A stretch of 57,006 nt of DNA from Sporichthyaceae bacterium (GTDB lineage: Bacteria; Actinomycetota; Actinomycetes; Prado026): contig JANMWN010000085.1 in the NCBI GenBank assembly GCA_031394045.1, positions 1 to 57,006 on the forward strand, in the 5' to 3' direction. Both the position numbers and the translations under genes were made by a program. Below are positions 18,432-27,261 of the stretch, one piece after another (positions within the stretch are counted from its first letter, which is position 1; the number at the start of each line of letters is the position of its first letter). The notes beneath the pieces are model-generated. The model was not told where the DNA came from. It made no database searches and saw only the letters and a program-made list of their open reading frames with translations.

Positions 18432-18860
18432 ATGCGAGCGAGGCGTCGCCGGTCGGACTGTCCGGTCCACTTCGGCTTGGAGGTCTTCGGCGACCAGTGG
18501 TCGTTGCTGATCCTGCGAGATCTGATGTTCAAGGGCCGCACGACCTACTCCGAGTTCTTGCGGGCAGAGGAGGGTATCGCCACCAATGTGCTCGCGGACC
18601 GGCTCGTCCGTCTTGAGCAGGACGGCATCGTCACCTCTGAGCGGGATGAGCGAACCGGCCGGTCGGTGCGCTACCGCCTGACCGCCAAGGGGGTGGACCT
18701 GCTGCCGGTTCTGCTCGACATCATTGCGTGGAGCGCGACCTACGACGCGCACACCGCGGCCGAGCCTGAGTTCGTCGAGCGGCTGCGTTCAGACCGCCCG
18801 GGGCTCGAAGCAGCGATTCGCCGCGACCTTGCGCAGTCCAGCTCGATCGAGTCGTCCTGA
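18432..18860 (+). CDS. HxlR family winged-helix transcriptional regulator
   Basis: CPVHFGLEVFGDQWSLLILRDL..YSEF..IATNVLADRLVRLEQDGIV..RYRLTAKG is the HxlR signature. Confidence 0.8.
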   Translation: MRARRRRSDCPVHFGLEVFGDQWSLLILRDLMFKGRTTYSEFLRAEEGIATNVLADRLVRLEQDGIVTSERDERTGRSVRYRLTAKGVDLLPVLLDIIAWSATYDAHTAAEPEFVERLRSDRPGLEAAIRRDLAQSSSIESS

Positions 18861-18888
18861 GCCGTCATCACCTGTGGGAGGTAGCCGC

Positions 18889-19353
18889 ATGACAACCCTG
18901 CGCAACGAGATCACCATCGCGGCCCCCCAGTCGGCGGTGTGGCAGGCGCTCACGCGCCTGGACGCACTCGGTCAGTAAGACCCGGGTGTGAAGGCAGCGA
19001 CGCTGGTCGGCGTGACTGCCTCTGGGCCGAGCGCGCAGCGCCGGTGTGAGCTCCGCCCAGCCGGCTGGTTCATCGAACAAGTGGCGGTCTGGGAACCCGA
19101 GAAGGCACTCGGTTTCGAGCTCGTCACCTGCTCCTTACCCGTCGCCTCGCTGCGCCACGACTACACCCTCAGCCATGCGGCCGGAGCGACGCGCGTCAAC
19201 CAGGTCATGACTTACCAGCTGAAGTACGGCCAGCTCGGTCGCGCGCTCGACATGGTCGCCATGCGGCGCAAGTGGGACCGCGGCATCAAGGCCTTCCTCG
19301 CCGGACTCAAGGGCCACGTCGAGGCCGGCCACGTCACCGCAAGCCCGATCTGA
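18889..19353 (+). pseudogene. SRPBCC family protein interrupted by in-frame TAA
   Basis: MTTLRNEITIAAPQSAVWQALTRLDALGQ-TAA(18976)-DPGVKAATLVG.. The two halves are in the same frame, with the stop replacing one residue of the conserved motif. Confidence 0.65.
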
Positions 19354-19355
19354 CG

Positions 19356-19727
19356 ATGGCCGTCAACCCGGCATTGGCCGAGCGGGTGCGCAGCGCCGCG
19401 ACGGACGAAGCCCTGAGGCGTGGCCTCGATATCCGCGAGAAGCACATGTTCGGCGGCCTCGCGTTCATGCTCAACAACAAGATGGCCTGCGGCGTCATCG
19501 CCGACGAACTGATGGTCCGCGTCGGCCCAGACGCCTACCAAGCCGCACTGAGCCAACCACACGCCCGGCCGATGGACTTCACCGGACGGCCCATGCGCGG
19601 CTACGTGTTCGTCGCGGCAGACGGCTGCGCGACCCAAGCAGCTGTTGACCGCTGGGTCGCTCGCAGCGCGACCCACATCGAGGAGCTCACCTCCATGCGG
19701 AAATCGTCAGCCAAACGGGACAGCTGA
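19356..19727 (+). CDS. TfoX/Sxy N-terminal domain protein
   Basis: REKHMFGGLAFMLNNKMACGV..LMVRVGPD is the TfoX_N pattern. Confidence 0.65.
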   Translation: MAVNPALAERVRSAATDEALRRGLDIREKHMFGGLAFMLNNKMACGVIADELMVRVGPDAYQAALSQPHARPMDFTGRPMRGYVFVAADGCATQAAVDRWVARSATHIEELTSMRKSSAKRDS

Positions 19728-19766
19728 AGGCCCTGCCCGTCGAACCGGGCCAAGCCTGCCAACGGG

Positions 19767-20153
19767 TCACTCACGATCCAGCCTGGCAATGAGCGACTTC
19801 GGGGCCACGGTGCGGTAGGCATCCTCAACGATGGCGCCAACCTCGACCCAATCTACGGCGTCCTCCCCCGTCGCATCCAGATACACCCCCAGCCAACCGG
19901 AGAACGCTCCCGCGACCGACGTCAGAGGCGCGAAGAACCGCTCAGGCTCGGCGTTGACTAACGACTCCGCGACACCGGCCGGAGCTGGACACCACAACGA
20001 GATCCGGTCATCACCGCGATGGTGGTCATGGAAGTAGCAGATCGGCTGGGTGCCCCGGACGAAGAAACATGGGGCGCCGTGGCTCAGCCGCTCACTCACC
20101 TCGGGAAGCGCGAGCGCAGTCCTGCGGAGCCGGTCGAGTTCGGAAGCGCCCAC
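19767..20153 (-). CDS. MmcQ/YjbR family DNA-binding protein
   Basis: LRRTALALPEVSERLSHGAPCFFVRG...ISLWC is the YjbR-like pattern. Confidence 0.7.
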   Translation of the reverse strand: MGASELDRLRRTALALPEVSERLSHGAPCFFVRGTQPICYFHDHHRGDDRISLWCPAPAGVAESLVNAEPERFFAPLTSVAGAFSGWLGVYLDATGEDAVDWVEVGAIVEDAYRTVAPKSLIARLDRE

Positions 20154-20306
20154 CCCACGAGCATTCCACGCGGATCAGCGATCGCGTTGCCGCGACCTCG
20201 CAAGCTCGACTAGGAGTCGATGGCGCATCACAGGGCCTCACCGAATCCGGGACGCATGAGTTGCTGACTCACCATTCACGGTCGGCCATCCGGCGGCTGG
20301 AACCGT

Positions 20307-21344
20307 CTACGGCTTGCCGTTGCCGTGGCGGGTGACGAGGTCGGGTAGTCCGTCCAGACGCGCGAGAACGTGCGTTCTGAACTCGCTGTCGAGATGTGCC
20401 CGATTGACGACCACGTCCCAGGCCTTCTTGTCTGTCACCACGATGTCGCAGTATGGGATTGCGGCCGAGAGGGCGGCTATGTCTCGAAGGTCGTTGATCG
20501 TCCAGTCACGGGTGATGTCCTTCAGGTAGTGGAACTGGATCATCGTTGCCACTCGGCGCGATGGCAGCGACATGAGGAAGCTCGTCAGTGCCTCAGCGCC
20601 GTGGAACGGTCGCCGGTCCATCGTGAACCCTGCGCCGAGGTAAGCCGCGGTGTATTGATCAAGGAACTCGAAGGTGAACTGGCGGGCTGCGATTGCATCC
20701 AGTGGTCGCTGGCTGATGTCGGGGTCCGTTCGGAGAGTCTCGATCATCACGTTGAAGCTCGCCAGATGCTCATCAGCGAGCGTCCGAGCACCGTACGGGT
20801 TGTAGCCCTCGATCTGGGCCGCCACTGCCCGTGGCGGCTGCGCGAGCAGAACGAACTCCGCCCAAGCGTTGACGTGCGCCTCCCACTGGGTCACGGACAT
20901 GCCAAGCGTGCGCTCAAGCTCGCGCAGCTGGTCATCAGTGCCACCCCGCAGCGAAAACCGACCGGGTTCGTTGAAGGCGAAGCCGACCCCGACGCCGAAC
21001 TTCGGCACCCTCTTGGGGAAGGCCGGCCTGCCGAAGCGGGCGTTGAAGCCGAGGTCGAGCTCCTCGCGGATGATCACGCTCAGCGGGGCCATGGTGCGAA
21101 AGCGAGACAGAGTCGCCATAGCTCGTGCGGCCTCGTTTCGCTGCTCGTCCCGGGGGTTCTCGGTCAACTCCATGTAGTGCACCGATGAGAGGGGGAACTC
21201 CGCCAGTCCATCGGCTACGAGTCGCTGCAGCTCCCCGAGCACGGCGACATGGGCGGGCTCGCGGGGATGTCCTGCCATCGCCGCCCCGAGGGTGTACCAG
21301 TGGTTCAAGTCCAGGTAGACCCTCGGCGGGCGGGCGGTGTCCAT
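20307..21344 (-). CDS. hypothetical protein, possible split PIN-like fold
   Basis: 345 aa with good codon bias. N-terminal strand RVYLDLNHW and a C-terminal NDLRDIAALSAAIPYCDIVVTDKKAW resemble the first and last acidic motifs of PIN domains. Confidence 0.6.
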   Translation of the reverse strand: MDTARPPRVYLDLNHWYTLGAAMAGHPREPAHVAVLGELQRLVADGLAEFPLSSVHYMELTENPRDEQRNEAARAMATLSRFRTMAPLSVIIREELDLGFNARFGRPAFPKRVPKFGVGVGFAFNEPGRFSLRGGTDDQLRELERTLGMSVTQWEAHVNAWAEFVLLAQPPRAVAAQIEGYNPYGARTLADEHLASFNVMIETLRTDPDISQRPLDAIAARQFTFEFLDQYTAAYLGAGFTMDRRPFHGAEALTSFLMSLPSRRVATMIQFHYLKDITRDWTINDLRDIAALSAAIPYCDIVVTDKKAWDVVVNRAHLDSEFRTHVLARLDGLPDLVTRHGNGKP

Positions 21345-21417
21345 ATCGACTGTGTATCACTCGGGGCCGACCGGTCCGACCCGGTCATCGAGCCGCGGGC
21401 GCGGGGCCGTGCGAGGT

Positions 21418-22227
21418 TTAGCCGAGCACCGAAGCGATGTGGTCCAGCGTGCCGGGTTTGATCGCGAGCAGGGAAATGCTCTTGATGCCGTAGGTCGCGG
21501 TGGCTCCGCGTGCTGACCCGGAGAGGAAGGCATAGGCGGTGTTGTCGCGGGTGGTGTCGACCCGTAGCCCAGCTTTCTCGATGGTGCCGAGGTAGTCGTC
21601 GATCTGGGCGGCTCCACCGACGCATGCCGCCCAGAGCTCGGCGTCGCAGGTGATCGACTCGGCCAGAGGCTGTTGCGAGACGATGTCGGCGAGAGCTAGT
21701 CGCCCACCAGGGGCGAGGACCCGGGCCACTTCGGAGAACACGGCCGCCTTGTCCGCGGCCAGGTTGATGACTCCGTTGGAGATCACGAGGTCGCACGACC
21801 CGCCTGGCATCGGGACGTTGTCGATGCGGCCCTCGACGAAGCGAACGCGCTCGAGCCCCGCTGCCACGCGTAAACGCGCCGCTTTGGCGAGCTGGGCCGG
21901 GGTCATGTCGATCCCGGTCACCGCACCGGTGGTTCCGACGAGGGCGGCTGCGGCGAAAGAGTCGGTCCCTGAGCCACTGCCCAGGTCGAGGACTCGCTCG
22001 CCGGCCTGGGGGGCGGCCAGGTCGAGGAAGTACCCGACGCCGGCGAAGGACTCCAACGCCTCAGCGGGGATGCTGTCCAGGAGATCCTCGGGGTATCCGA
22101 GTCGCCGCGCCAGGGCGGCGCCCATCTCGAAGTGGTACGTGCGGTGTGGCTCGTCCGCGACCTGTTGGTAGACGTCTTGGACTCGGCGCTCCAAGTCTGC
22201 AACGTCCAGCCGCCCCGGTGTGGTCAT
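21418..22227 (-). CDS. class I SAM-dependent methyltransferase (ArsM-like)
   Basis: VLDLGSGSGTD (motif I), CDLVISNGVINL, and Cys residues ITCDAELWAACVGG as in arsenite methyltransferase-like enzymes. Confidence 0.8.
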   Translation of the reverse strand: MTTPGRLDVADLERRVQDVYQQVADEPHRTYHFEMGAALARRLGYPEDLLDSIPAEALESFAGVGYFLDLAAPQAGERVLDLGSGSGTDSFAAAALVGTTGAVTGIDMTPAQLAKAARLRVAAGLERVRFVEGRIDNVPMPGGSCDLVISNGVINLAADKAAVFSEVARVLAPGGRLALADIVSQQPLAESITCDAELWAACVGGAAQIDDYLGTIEKAGLRVDTTRDNTAYAFLSGSARGATATYGIKSISLLAIKPGTLDHIASVLG

Positions 22228-22264
22228 CGTGTCTCCATTCCCTTGAGGTCAGCTAACGGATCGT

Positions 22265-23005
22265 TCATGAATAGATGGCGGTCTCGGCGCGGGTGACGTC
22301 GTACTCCTGGGGATCGAGGATCTCCCAGACCCCATGCCCGACCGCGAGCACGCCTCGGGCCGGCAGCGGGAAGTCGCCGATCGTCGGGTTGTCACGGAGC
22401 CGAGCTGGCGGGCCCAGGTCCATACCGTTGAGGGTGGCCGCTGCGTCGTTGATGAGGTAGATCCGCTGCGGCATGAGGGTGCCGACATGTCCGCTGGGCA
22501 TGACGCCTCTCAGCCGCAACTCACCCATTCCCAGGGCCCTGGCCATCCGTTCCCGGGTGTGCAGCATCGCGGGATGGCACCAGGTGGAGAGCGGGACGGC
22601 CCCGTTGACGACGTTGAGGATCCGCAGCAGCGGTGTCTGCACCGCGGTGAGCACCCAGTCCAGGTCGAGTGCGTCCAGGTGGACTCTGAGGGTGGCGGGG
22701 CCTAACCAATCCAGGTCGAGTCGCCCGAATCCCGTGTAGTTGCACGCCGCGCCGTAGTAGCGCGGGCAGGCCGTGTCCAGGCGAGGTCCGTCGACGTAGA
22801 TCGACCAGGCCCCTTCGGGATCGCGGTGCCACAGCGTCCGATACGCACCGAAGTCGTTGTCACGGACGACCCTGAGCGCGAGCACGTGTCCGGTGGCGAA
22901 GGGCTGAGCGAATACTCCCCAACCCTTCGCGTACTCGTGTCCCGGCCAGGGAGCTTGACCTCGAGTGCCTGGATTGCCGCCCAGGTCTAGGCGCAAGTCC
23001 AACAT
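22265..23005 (-). CDS. hypothetical protein
   Basis: 246-aa ORF with strong third-position GC, co-directional in the cluster. No family recognised. Confidence 0.55.
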   Translation of the reverse strand: MLDLRLDLGGNPGTRGQAPWPGHEYAKGWGVFAQPFATGHVLALRVVRDNDFGAYRTLWHRDPEGAWSIYVDGPRLDTACPRYYGAACNYTGFGRLDLDWLGPATLRVHLDALDLDWVLTAVQTPLLRILNVVNGAVPLSTWCHPAMLHTRERMARALGMGELRLRGVMPSGHVGTLMPQRIYLINDAAATLNGMDLGPPARLRDNPTIGDFPLPARGVLAVGHGVWEILDPQEYDVTRAETAIYS

Positions 23006-23095
23006 GTCGCCTCCTCGTCCGTCCGTCCGGCCGTCGGTCGGTGGGTGCCTGATGCCACCCAGGTGTCGACTTGCTCGTTTCCGGGTGCGAGCTCT

Positions 23096-23461
23096 TCAGT
23101 AGCTGAAGGTGGTCGCGCCTTCGTCGCCGATCCACTGCCACATCGGGACCGTGCCGCCCAGCTCGGCACCTGGGATGAGGTCTCCCTTGTCGAGCTTGCG
23201 GGCGTCGAAACAGATGGGGCAGACGAAGTAGCGTCCACCGGCGGCGGCGTAACGCTGCACGAGCGACTCGATTGGCGGGCAGCCCTCGCAGGCCGTCCCG
23301 GTCGCGAACCCGTCCGTGGCCAGCCGGACGGCCTCCTTGGTGAGGAACATGAGTGTCTCGCGGCCCTGCTCGGCCGCGCCGACCGAGACCAGGAACGCGA
23401 CCGTGACCTTCTCGGCGTCCTCGAGTCCCGTCGTCAGACTGATCACTGCTTTGCCGGACAT
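23096..23461 (-). CDS. DsrE family sulfur-relay-like protein
   Basis: The start MSGKAVISLTTGLED.. gives 121 aa. FLTKEAV, CEGCPP and YFVCPICF are typical of DsrE/peroxiredoxin-like small proteins. Confidence 0.7.
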   Translation of the reverse strand: MSGKAVISLTTGLEDAEKVTVAFLVSVGAAEQGRETLMFLTKEAVRLATDGFATGTACEGCPPIESLVQRYAAAGGRYFVCPICFDARKLDKGDLIPGAELGGTVPMWQWIGDEGATTFSY

Positions 23462-23586
23462 GTTGCCTCCTCGCGATTCGGTTGCCCTTGTCGTGGCCGG
23501 TCGGGTCACCCTCGGATCGAGCGGTGGCTTGGACTGCCAGGGGAAACGCTAGGGAGGACGGCGAGGCGCGTCGTCCGGAGTTCTCC

Positions 23587-25179
23587 CTACGAATCGAGCG
23601 GTGTGAGCGTGTCGAGCAGGCCGTTGTGCAGGGCGAAGAGGGTGGCGGTGGAGCGGGTGGATGCGCCCGTCTTGCCGTAGATCCGCTCGATGTGGGTTCC
23701 TGCGGTCCTCGGGCTGATGTCCAGCGAGCGGGCGACCTGGCGGGTAGAGGCGCCTCGGGCGATCATGATGAGCACCTCGACTTCACGGGGGGTGAGCCCG
23801 GCTGGTCCGCTGGGCCGCCGGGGCCGGGTCTCTCCGGCGGCGCTGAGGACGGCGTCGACTGCGAGCGGGGCCAGCCGTCCGGCGCGGACGTCGTCCAGGA
23901 TGGCTTGACTGGCCTGCTTGGCCGACATCGCGGGCCGGTAGGGGCGCGGTTCCCGCATGGCGCGGTAGGCGTCGGCGGCGGCGAGGATCCGCGCGGGCGC
24001 GGACAGAGCCGCTCCGGACAGGCCCCGGTGGTAGCCGGACCCGTCGAGTCGTTCGTGGGTGAGCGAGGCGATAGCACCGAGGCGGGCCAGAGCCGGTGGC
24101 CGTGCGAGTACTCGCTCGGTGTAGTAGGAGTGCATCCGCATCCGTTCGGACTCGGTCGCCGTCAGGGTGCCTGGCTTGTCGAGGATGGTTGCTGGCACCC
24201 CGTGGAGTCCGACGTCGTGCAGCAGGCCCGCGCGACGAACGGCGGTGACGTCGCCTGGAGGGAGCCCGGCGAGCTCGGCGGCATGGGCGGCCAGTTCGGA
24301 CACGCCGCGGCTGTGGCCGGCACGCCACGCGGAGCGTAGGTCGGTGAAGTCGGCTACGACCTCGAGTGCGTCGTCGAGCTCCTGGCCGGTCAGTCGGTGT
24401 TGCAGTGCTGGTTCGGCGGCGATCAAGGCATGCCAGTCGGGCTCTTCAGCGCCGTCTGCGAGGACGTCGCCGGCGGCCGCGCAGAACGCGTCCACGAGGT
24501 CGGGATCGAAGTGGCTGCCGCGTCGGGCACGGGCCACCTCGATCGCTGCGTCGACCCCACGGGTGCGGTGGTAGACCTCGACGATGTCGGAGAGGTGGAA
24601 TAGCCGCACGGTGGTCGCGATGTCGGCTCGCCCGATCCCGCGGGGCATGCCCTTGCCGTCCCAGCGGGTGAAGAACTGGTTCAGCGGGTCGCAGACCTGT
24701 GGGCCCATCCCGAGGAGGTCGGCCATCCGGGAGGTGGTCAGGCAGTGTGACAGCAGCCCGTTCTGGATGCCCTTGCCGCCGGTCGCGACCAGAGTCGCGG
24801 CGAGGCGCAACCGATGCAGCGCCTGGTCACCTGCGCCGGCGTGGCCGAGCATGAAGGTGAGTCCGGACAGGCCGGCCAGTTCGGTGTCGTAGCTGTCGGC
24901 CCGGAAGGCGATGTCGTCGCCGAACCACCGCGCCACCTCGGGGGTGTCGGCGACGCACCCGACCCAGGCGAGCACGGCGATGTAGTACAGCGACGCCTGC
25001 GCGCTCTCGTCGAGGCCCACTTCCTCGCCCAGGCGTGAGGCGATCCGCCAGGATCTGAGCACGTGTTCCATGGGTTGGCCGAGGCCGAGGTCGGTGGCGA
25101 GGGAGAAGGACGCGAGCAGCTCAGCGAGGGTCACACCTTCATCGGGCTCGCTTGCGTGCACGCCTTGAAGCGTAGCCAC
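23587..25179 (-). CDS. HD/HD-GYP domain protein fused to LuxR-type HTH
   Basis: HSRGV..AGLLHDVG..THERLDGSGYHRG (HD-GYP-like with GYH), an upstream degenerate HD-like domain, and a C-terminal LTPREVEVLIMIARGASTRQVARSLDISPRTAGTHIERIY. Start is uncertain (GTG 25179 or 25161). Confidence 0.8.
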   Translation of the reverse strand: MATLQGVHASEPDEGVTLAELLASFSLATDLGLGQPMEHVLRSWRIASRLGEEVGLDESAQASLYYIAVLAWVGCVADTPEVARWFGDDIAFRADSYDTELAGLSGLTFMLGHAGAGDQALHRLRLAATLVATGGKGIQNGLLSHCLTTSRMADLLGMGPQVCDPLNQFFTRWDGKGMPRGIGRADIATTVRLFHLSDIVEVYHRTRGVDAAIEVARARRGSHFDPDLVDAFCAAAGDVLADGAEEPDWHALIAAEPALQHRLTGQELDDALEVVADFTDLRSAWRAGHSRGVSELAAHAAELAGLPPGDVTAVRRAGLLHDVGLHGVPATILDKPGTLTATESERMRMHSYYTERVLARPPALARLGAIASLTHERLDGSGYHRGLSGAALSAPARILAAADAYRAMREPRPYRPAMSAKQASQAILDDVRAGRLAPLAVDAVLSAAGETRPRRPSGPAGLTPREVEVLIMIARGASTRQVARSLDISPRTAGTHIERIYGKTGASTRSTATLFALHNGLLDTLTPLDS

Positions 25180-25247
25180 AATGTGCGGGTGACCGGGTGG
25201 TCTCGCTGTTCCCGCCGCGGTGCCGTCTGTGCTGCGCGCGGGACCCC

Positions 25248-26045
25248 TCAGGGCGCGGAAGCGGTCGCCACGATCACGTCGCTGCTGTCCAGGAAGTTCT
25301 CGGCTGCCAAAGGTTCGAGGCGTTGGCGGACATCGTGCAGAAACTCTGACCGCAGCCGCTCGTCGAGGACGGCGAGCCGTCGGCCGGTGGCCCCCAGCGA
25401 AGCGTGCCGTTCGACGAACTCGGTCAGAGTCGGGTGATCGGACCACGCGACCACCTCCGACGTCACGGACTGGAACCCGGCCTCTTGGAGCAGCCCGGTC
25501 ACCTTGGCCGGGGAATCCATCAGTTCGTGCTGAGCTAACAACGGGTCCGCGGCCGTGGCCCCGTATCGGTCGAGCTCGTCGTTCCAGACGCGGAGCGCGG
25601 GTGCGGGTCGATCCTCGCCCCAGGTGGCGAGCCCGATTCGACCGCCCGGGCGCAGAGCCCGGCGGGCGGCTCGCAGGGCATCGACCGGGTCGGGCACATG
25701 GAAGAGCATGAAGGCGAGCACGACCACATCGAACGACGAAGCCGCGAAGGGCAGTTCGCCCGCGTCCGCCACGACCCGCTCCGCCGTGCGCGGCGCTCGA
25801 GACACCATGCCGCTTGCGCGGTCGGCCGCGACGACAACCGCCTTCGGTGCCTTCCGCAGGATTGACGGGACCAGGGTGCCGACTCCCGTCCCGAGGTCGA
25901 GCACCCGCGAGGCTGTGCTCAGCGGGAGCCGGGTGAGTAGTTGCTCACTGGCAGGCAGCAGCGCGGAGGCCCACCGGGTCTCGTAGCCCGCTGCATGTGT
26001 CGAGTAGTACGTGGCGAGCGCGGTCCTCCCGTCCGGCGCGCTCAT
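25248..26045 (-). CDS. class I SAM-dependent methyltransferase
   Basis: ATGA-coupled to the ArsR-rhodanese gene. [10 protein letters not shown] (motif I) and [13 protein letters not shown]. Confidence 0.8.
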   Translation of the reverse strand: MSAPDGRTALATYYSTHAAGYETRWASALLPASEQLLTRLPLSTASRVLDLGTGVGTLVPSILRKAPKAVVVAADRASGMVSRAPRTAERVVADAGELPFAASSFDVVVLAFMLFHVPDPVDALRAARRALRPGGRIGLATWGEDRPAPALRVWNDELDRYGATAADPLLAQHELMDSPAKVTGLLQEAGFQSVTSEVVAWSDHPTLTEFVERHASLGATGRRLAVLDERLRSEFLHDVRQRLEPLAAENFLDSSDVIVATASAP

Positions 26046-26719
26046 GCGTCGACCTCCGCCCTGGCGCTGACGGGCCGCCCTGAGCGTGCCCATTCGGGGT
26101 AGCCGTCTTCGAGTCGGGCGGCTCGGTACCCGCGGCGTCGAAGGGTGCGCACCGCGTCGTCGGCGAAGACGCAGTACGGCCCGCGGCAGTAGGCGACGAT
26201 CGCGCGGTCCTTGGGCAGGTCCCGCAGCCGTCCGGTGAGGTCGGCGACGGGTACCGAGACGGCGCCGGCGATGTGACCGGCGAGGAACTCCGGTTCGGGG
26301 CGCACGTCGAGCACGACGACATCCCCCAGGCGCAGTCGCTCGGCGAGCTGGTCCTGGGTGACGCTGTCCAGCTGGGAGCGGTCGCCGAGGTAGGCCGCGG
26401 CGAGCTGGTCGAGCTCGGCGACGTGTTCGGCCGCGACGTCACGCACGGCCGCCCACAGCTCGGCCACCCGAGGGCTGGCCAGGGAGTACTGGATCCGGGT
26501 CCCGTCGCGGCGGGTGCGGACCAGCCCCGAGCGCAGCAGCTGCTGCAGATGCTGGGAGGTGTTCGCGACGCTCTGCCCGAGCTCGCCGGCGATCTGCTCG
26601 ACCGAGCGCTCGCCTTGGCTCAGCACGTCGACGATCTCGGCACGGCGGCCGTTGCCGAGGGCCTTCGCGACGCTGGCGAAGGCGTCGAACAGGGCGTTCT
26701 TGGCCTGCCGGTCACCCAT
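26042..26719 (-). CDS. ArsR family regulator fused to a rhodanese domain
   Basis: N-terminal ArsR wHTH ([41 protein letters not shown]). C-terminal rhodanese with active-site loop YCRGPYC. Confidence 0.85.
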   Translation of the reverse strand: MGDRQAKNALFDAFASVAKALGNGRRAEIVDVLSQGERSVEQIAGELGQSVANTSQHLQQLLRSGLVRTRRDGTRIQYSLASPRVAELWAAVRDVAAEHVAELDQLAAAYLGDRSQLDSVTQDQLAERLRLGDVVVLDVRPEPEFLAGHIAGAVSVPVADLTGRLRDLPKDRAIVAYCRGPYCVFADDAVRTLRRRGYRAARLEDGYPEWARSGRPVSARAEVDA

Positions 26720-26733
26720 GGATCCACCTCGAG

Positions 26734-26798
26734 ACTATTCAAGGATTCGCTTGACAAGCGTAGCGCGTGACCGGAACTATTCAAGCATTCTCTTGAAC
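26734..26798. promoter_or_regulatory. two repeated operator-like sites in the divergent intergenic region
   Basis: ACTATTCAAGGATTCGCTTGACA (26734-26756) and ACTATTCAAGCATTCTCTTGAAC (26776-26798). Each contains the dyad TTCAAG-N6-CTTGA(A/C). Confidence 0.5.
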
Positions 26799-26814
26799 CC
26801 TAGGGAGGGTTGTC

Positions 26815-27261
26815 ATGGCAACGTTGACCGCCGACCAGGTCCGTGCGCTCGATCCGTACGCCTTCCTCGCCGTGCTCGGCAAGAGAGTCATTCACCCGGG
26901 CGGCCGCAGATCCACTGACCGGCTGCTGGAGTGGGCCGCCGTGCGACCCGGCGAACAGGTCGGGAACATCGGCTGCGGGGTCGCCACCACCGCACCACGT
27001 CTCACGAGGGAGACCGACGCTGACGCCGGCCTTGAGGGTGTGCGCACCGAGACCGGACCGTTCGACATGATGACCCCGCGAGGGTTCCTGGCCGATGAGG
27101 GTGCCCACTGCGTCGCGGTCATGGCCCGGGGCATGACGCGAACAGTGTACCTGCGCAAGATGATGTGGCTCATGCCCCGGATGGCGCGCGCCGTCCCCTA
27201 CCTCGGATACGTGTTGGTCATGGCCCACAGGCCCGCCGTCGACCGCAAGGACCCAGCGTGA
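26815..27261 (+). pseudogene. SAM-methyltransferase-like gene with apparent in-frame internal deletion
   Basis: The N-terminus LDPYAFLAVLGKRVIHPGGRRST.. and motif-I remnant NIGCGVATTA jump after ~15 aa to the C-terminal block TETGPFDMMTPRGFLADEG..YLGYV. The methyltransferase core appears absent. Confidence 0.45.
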
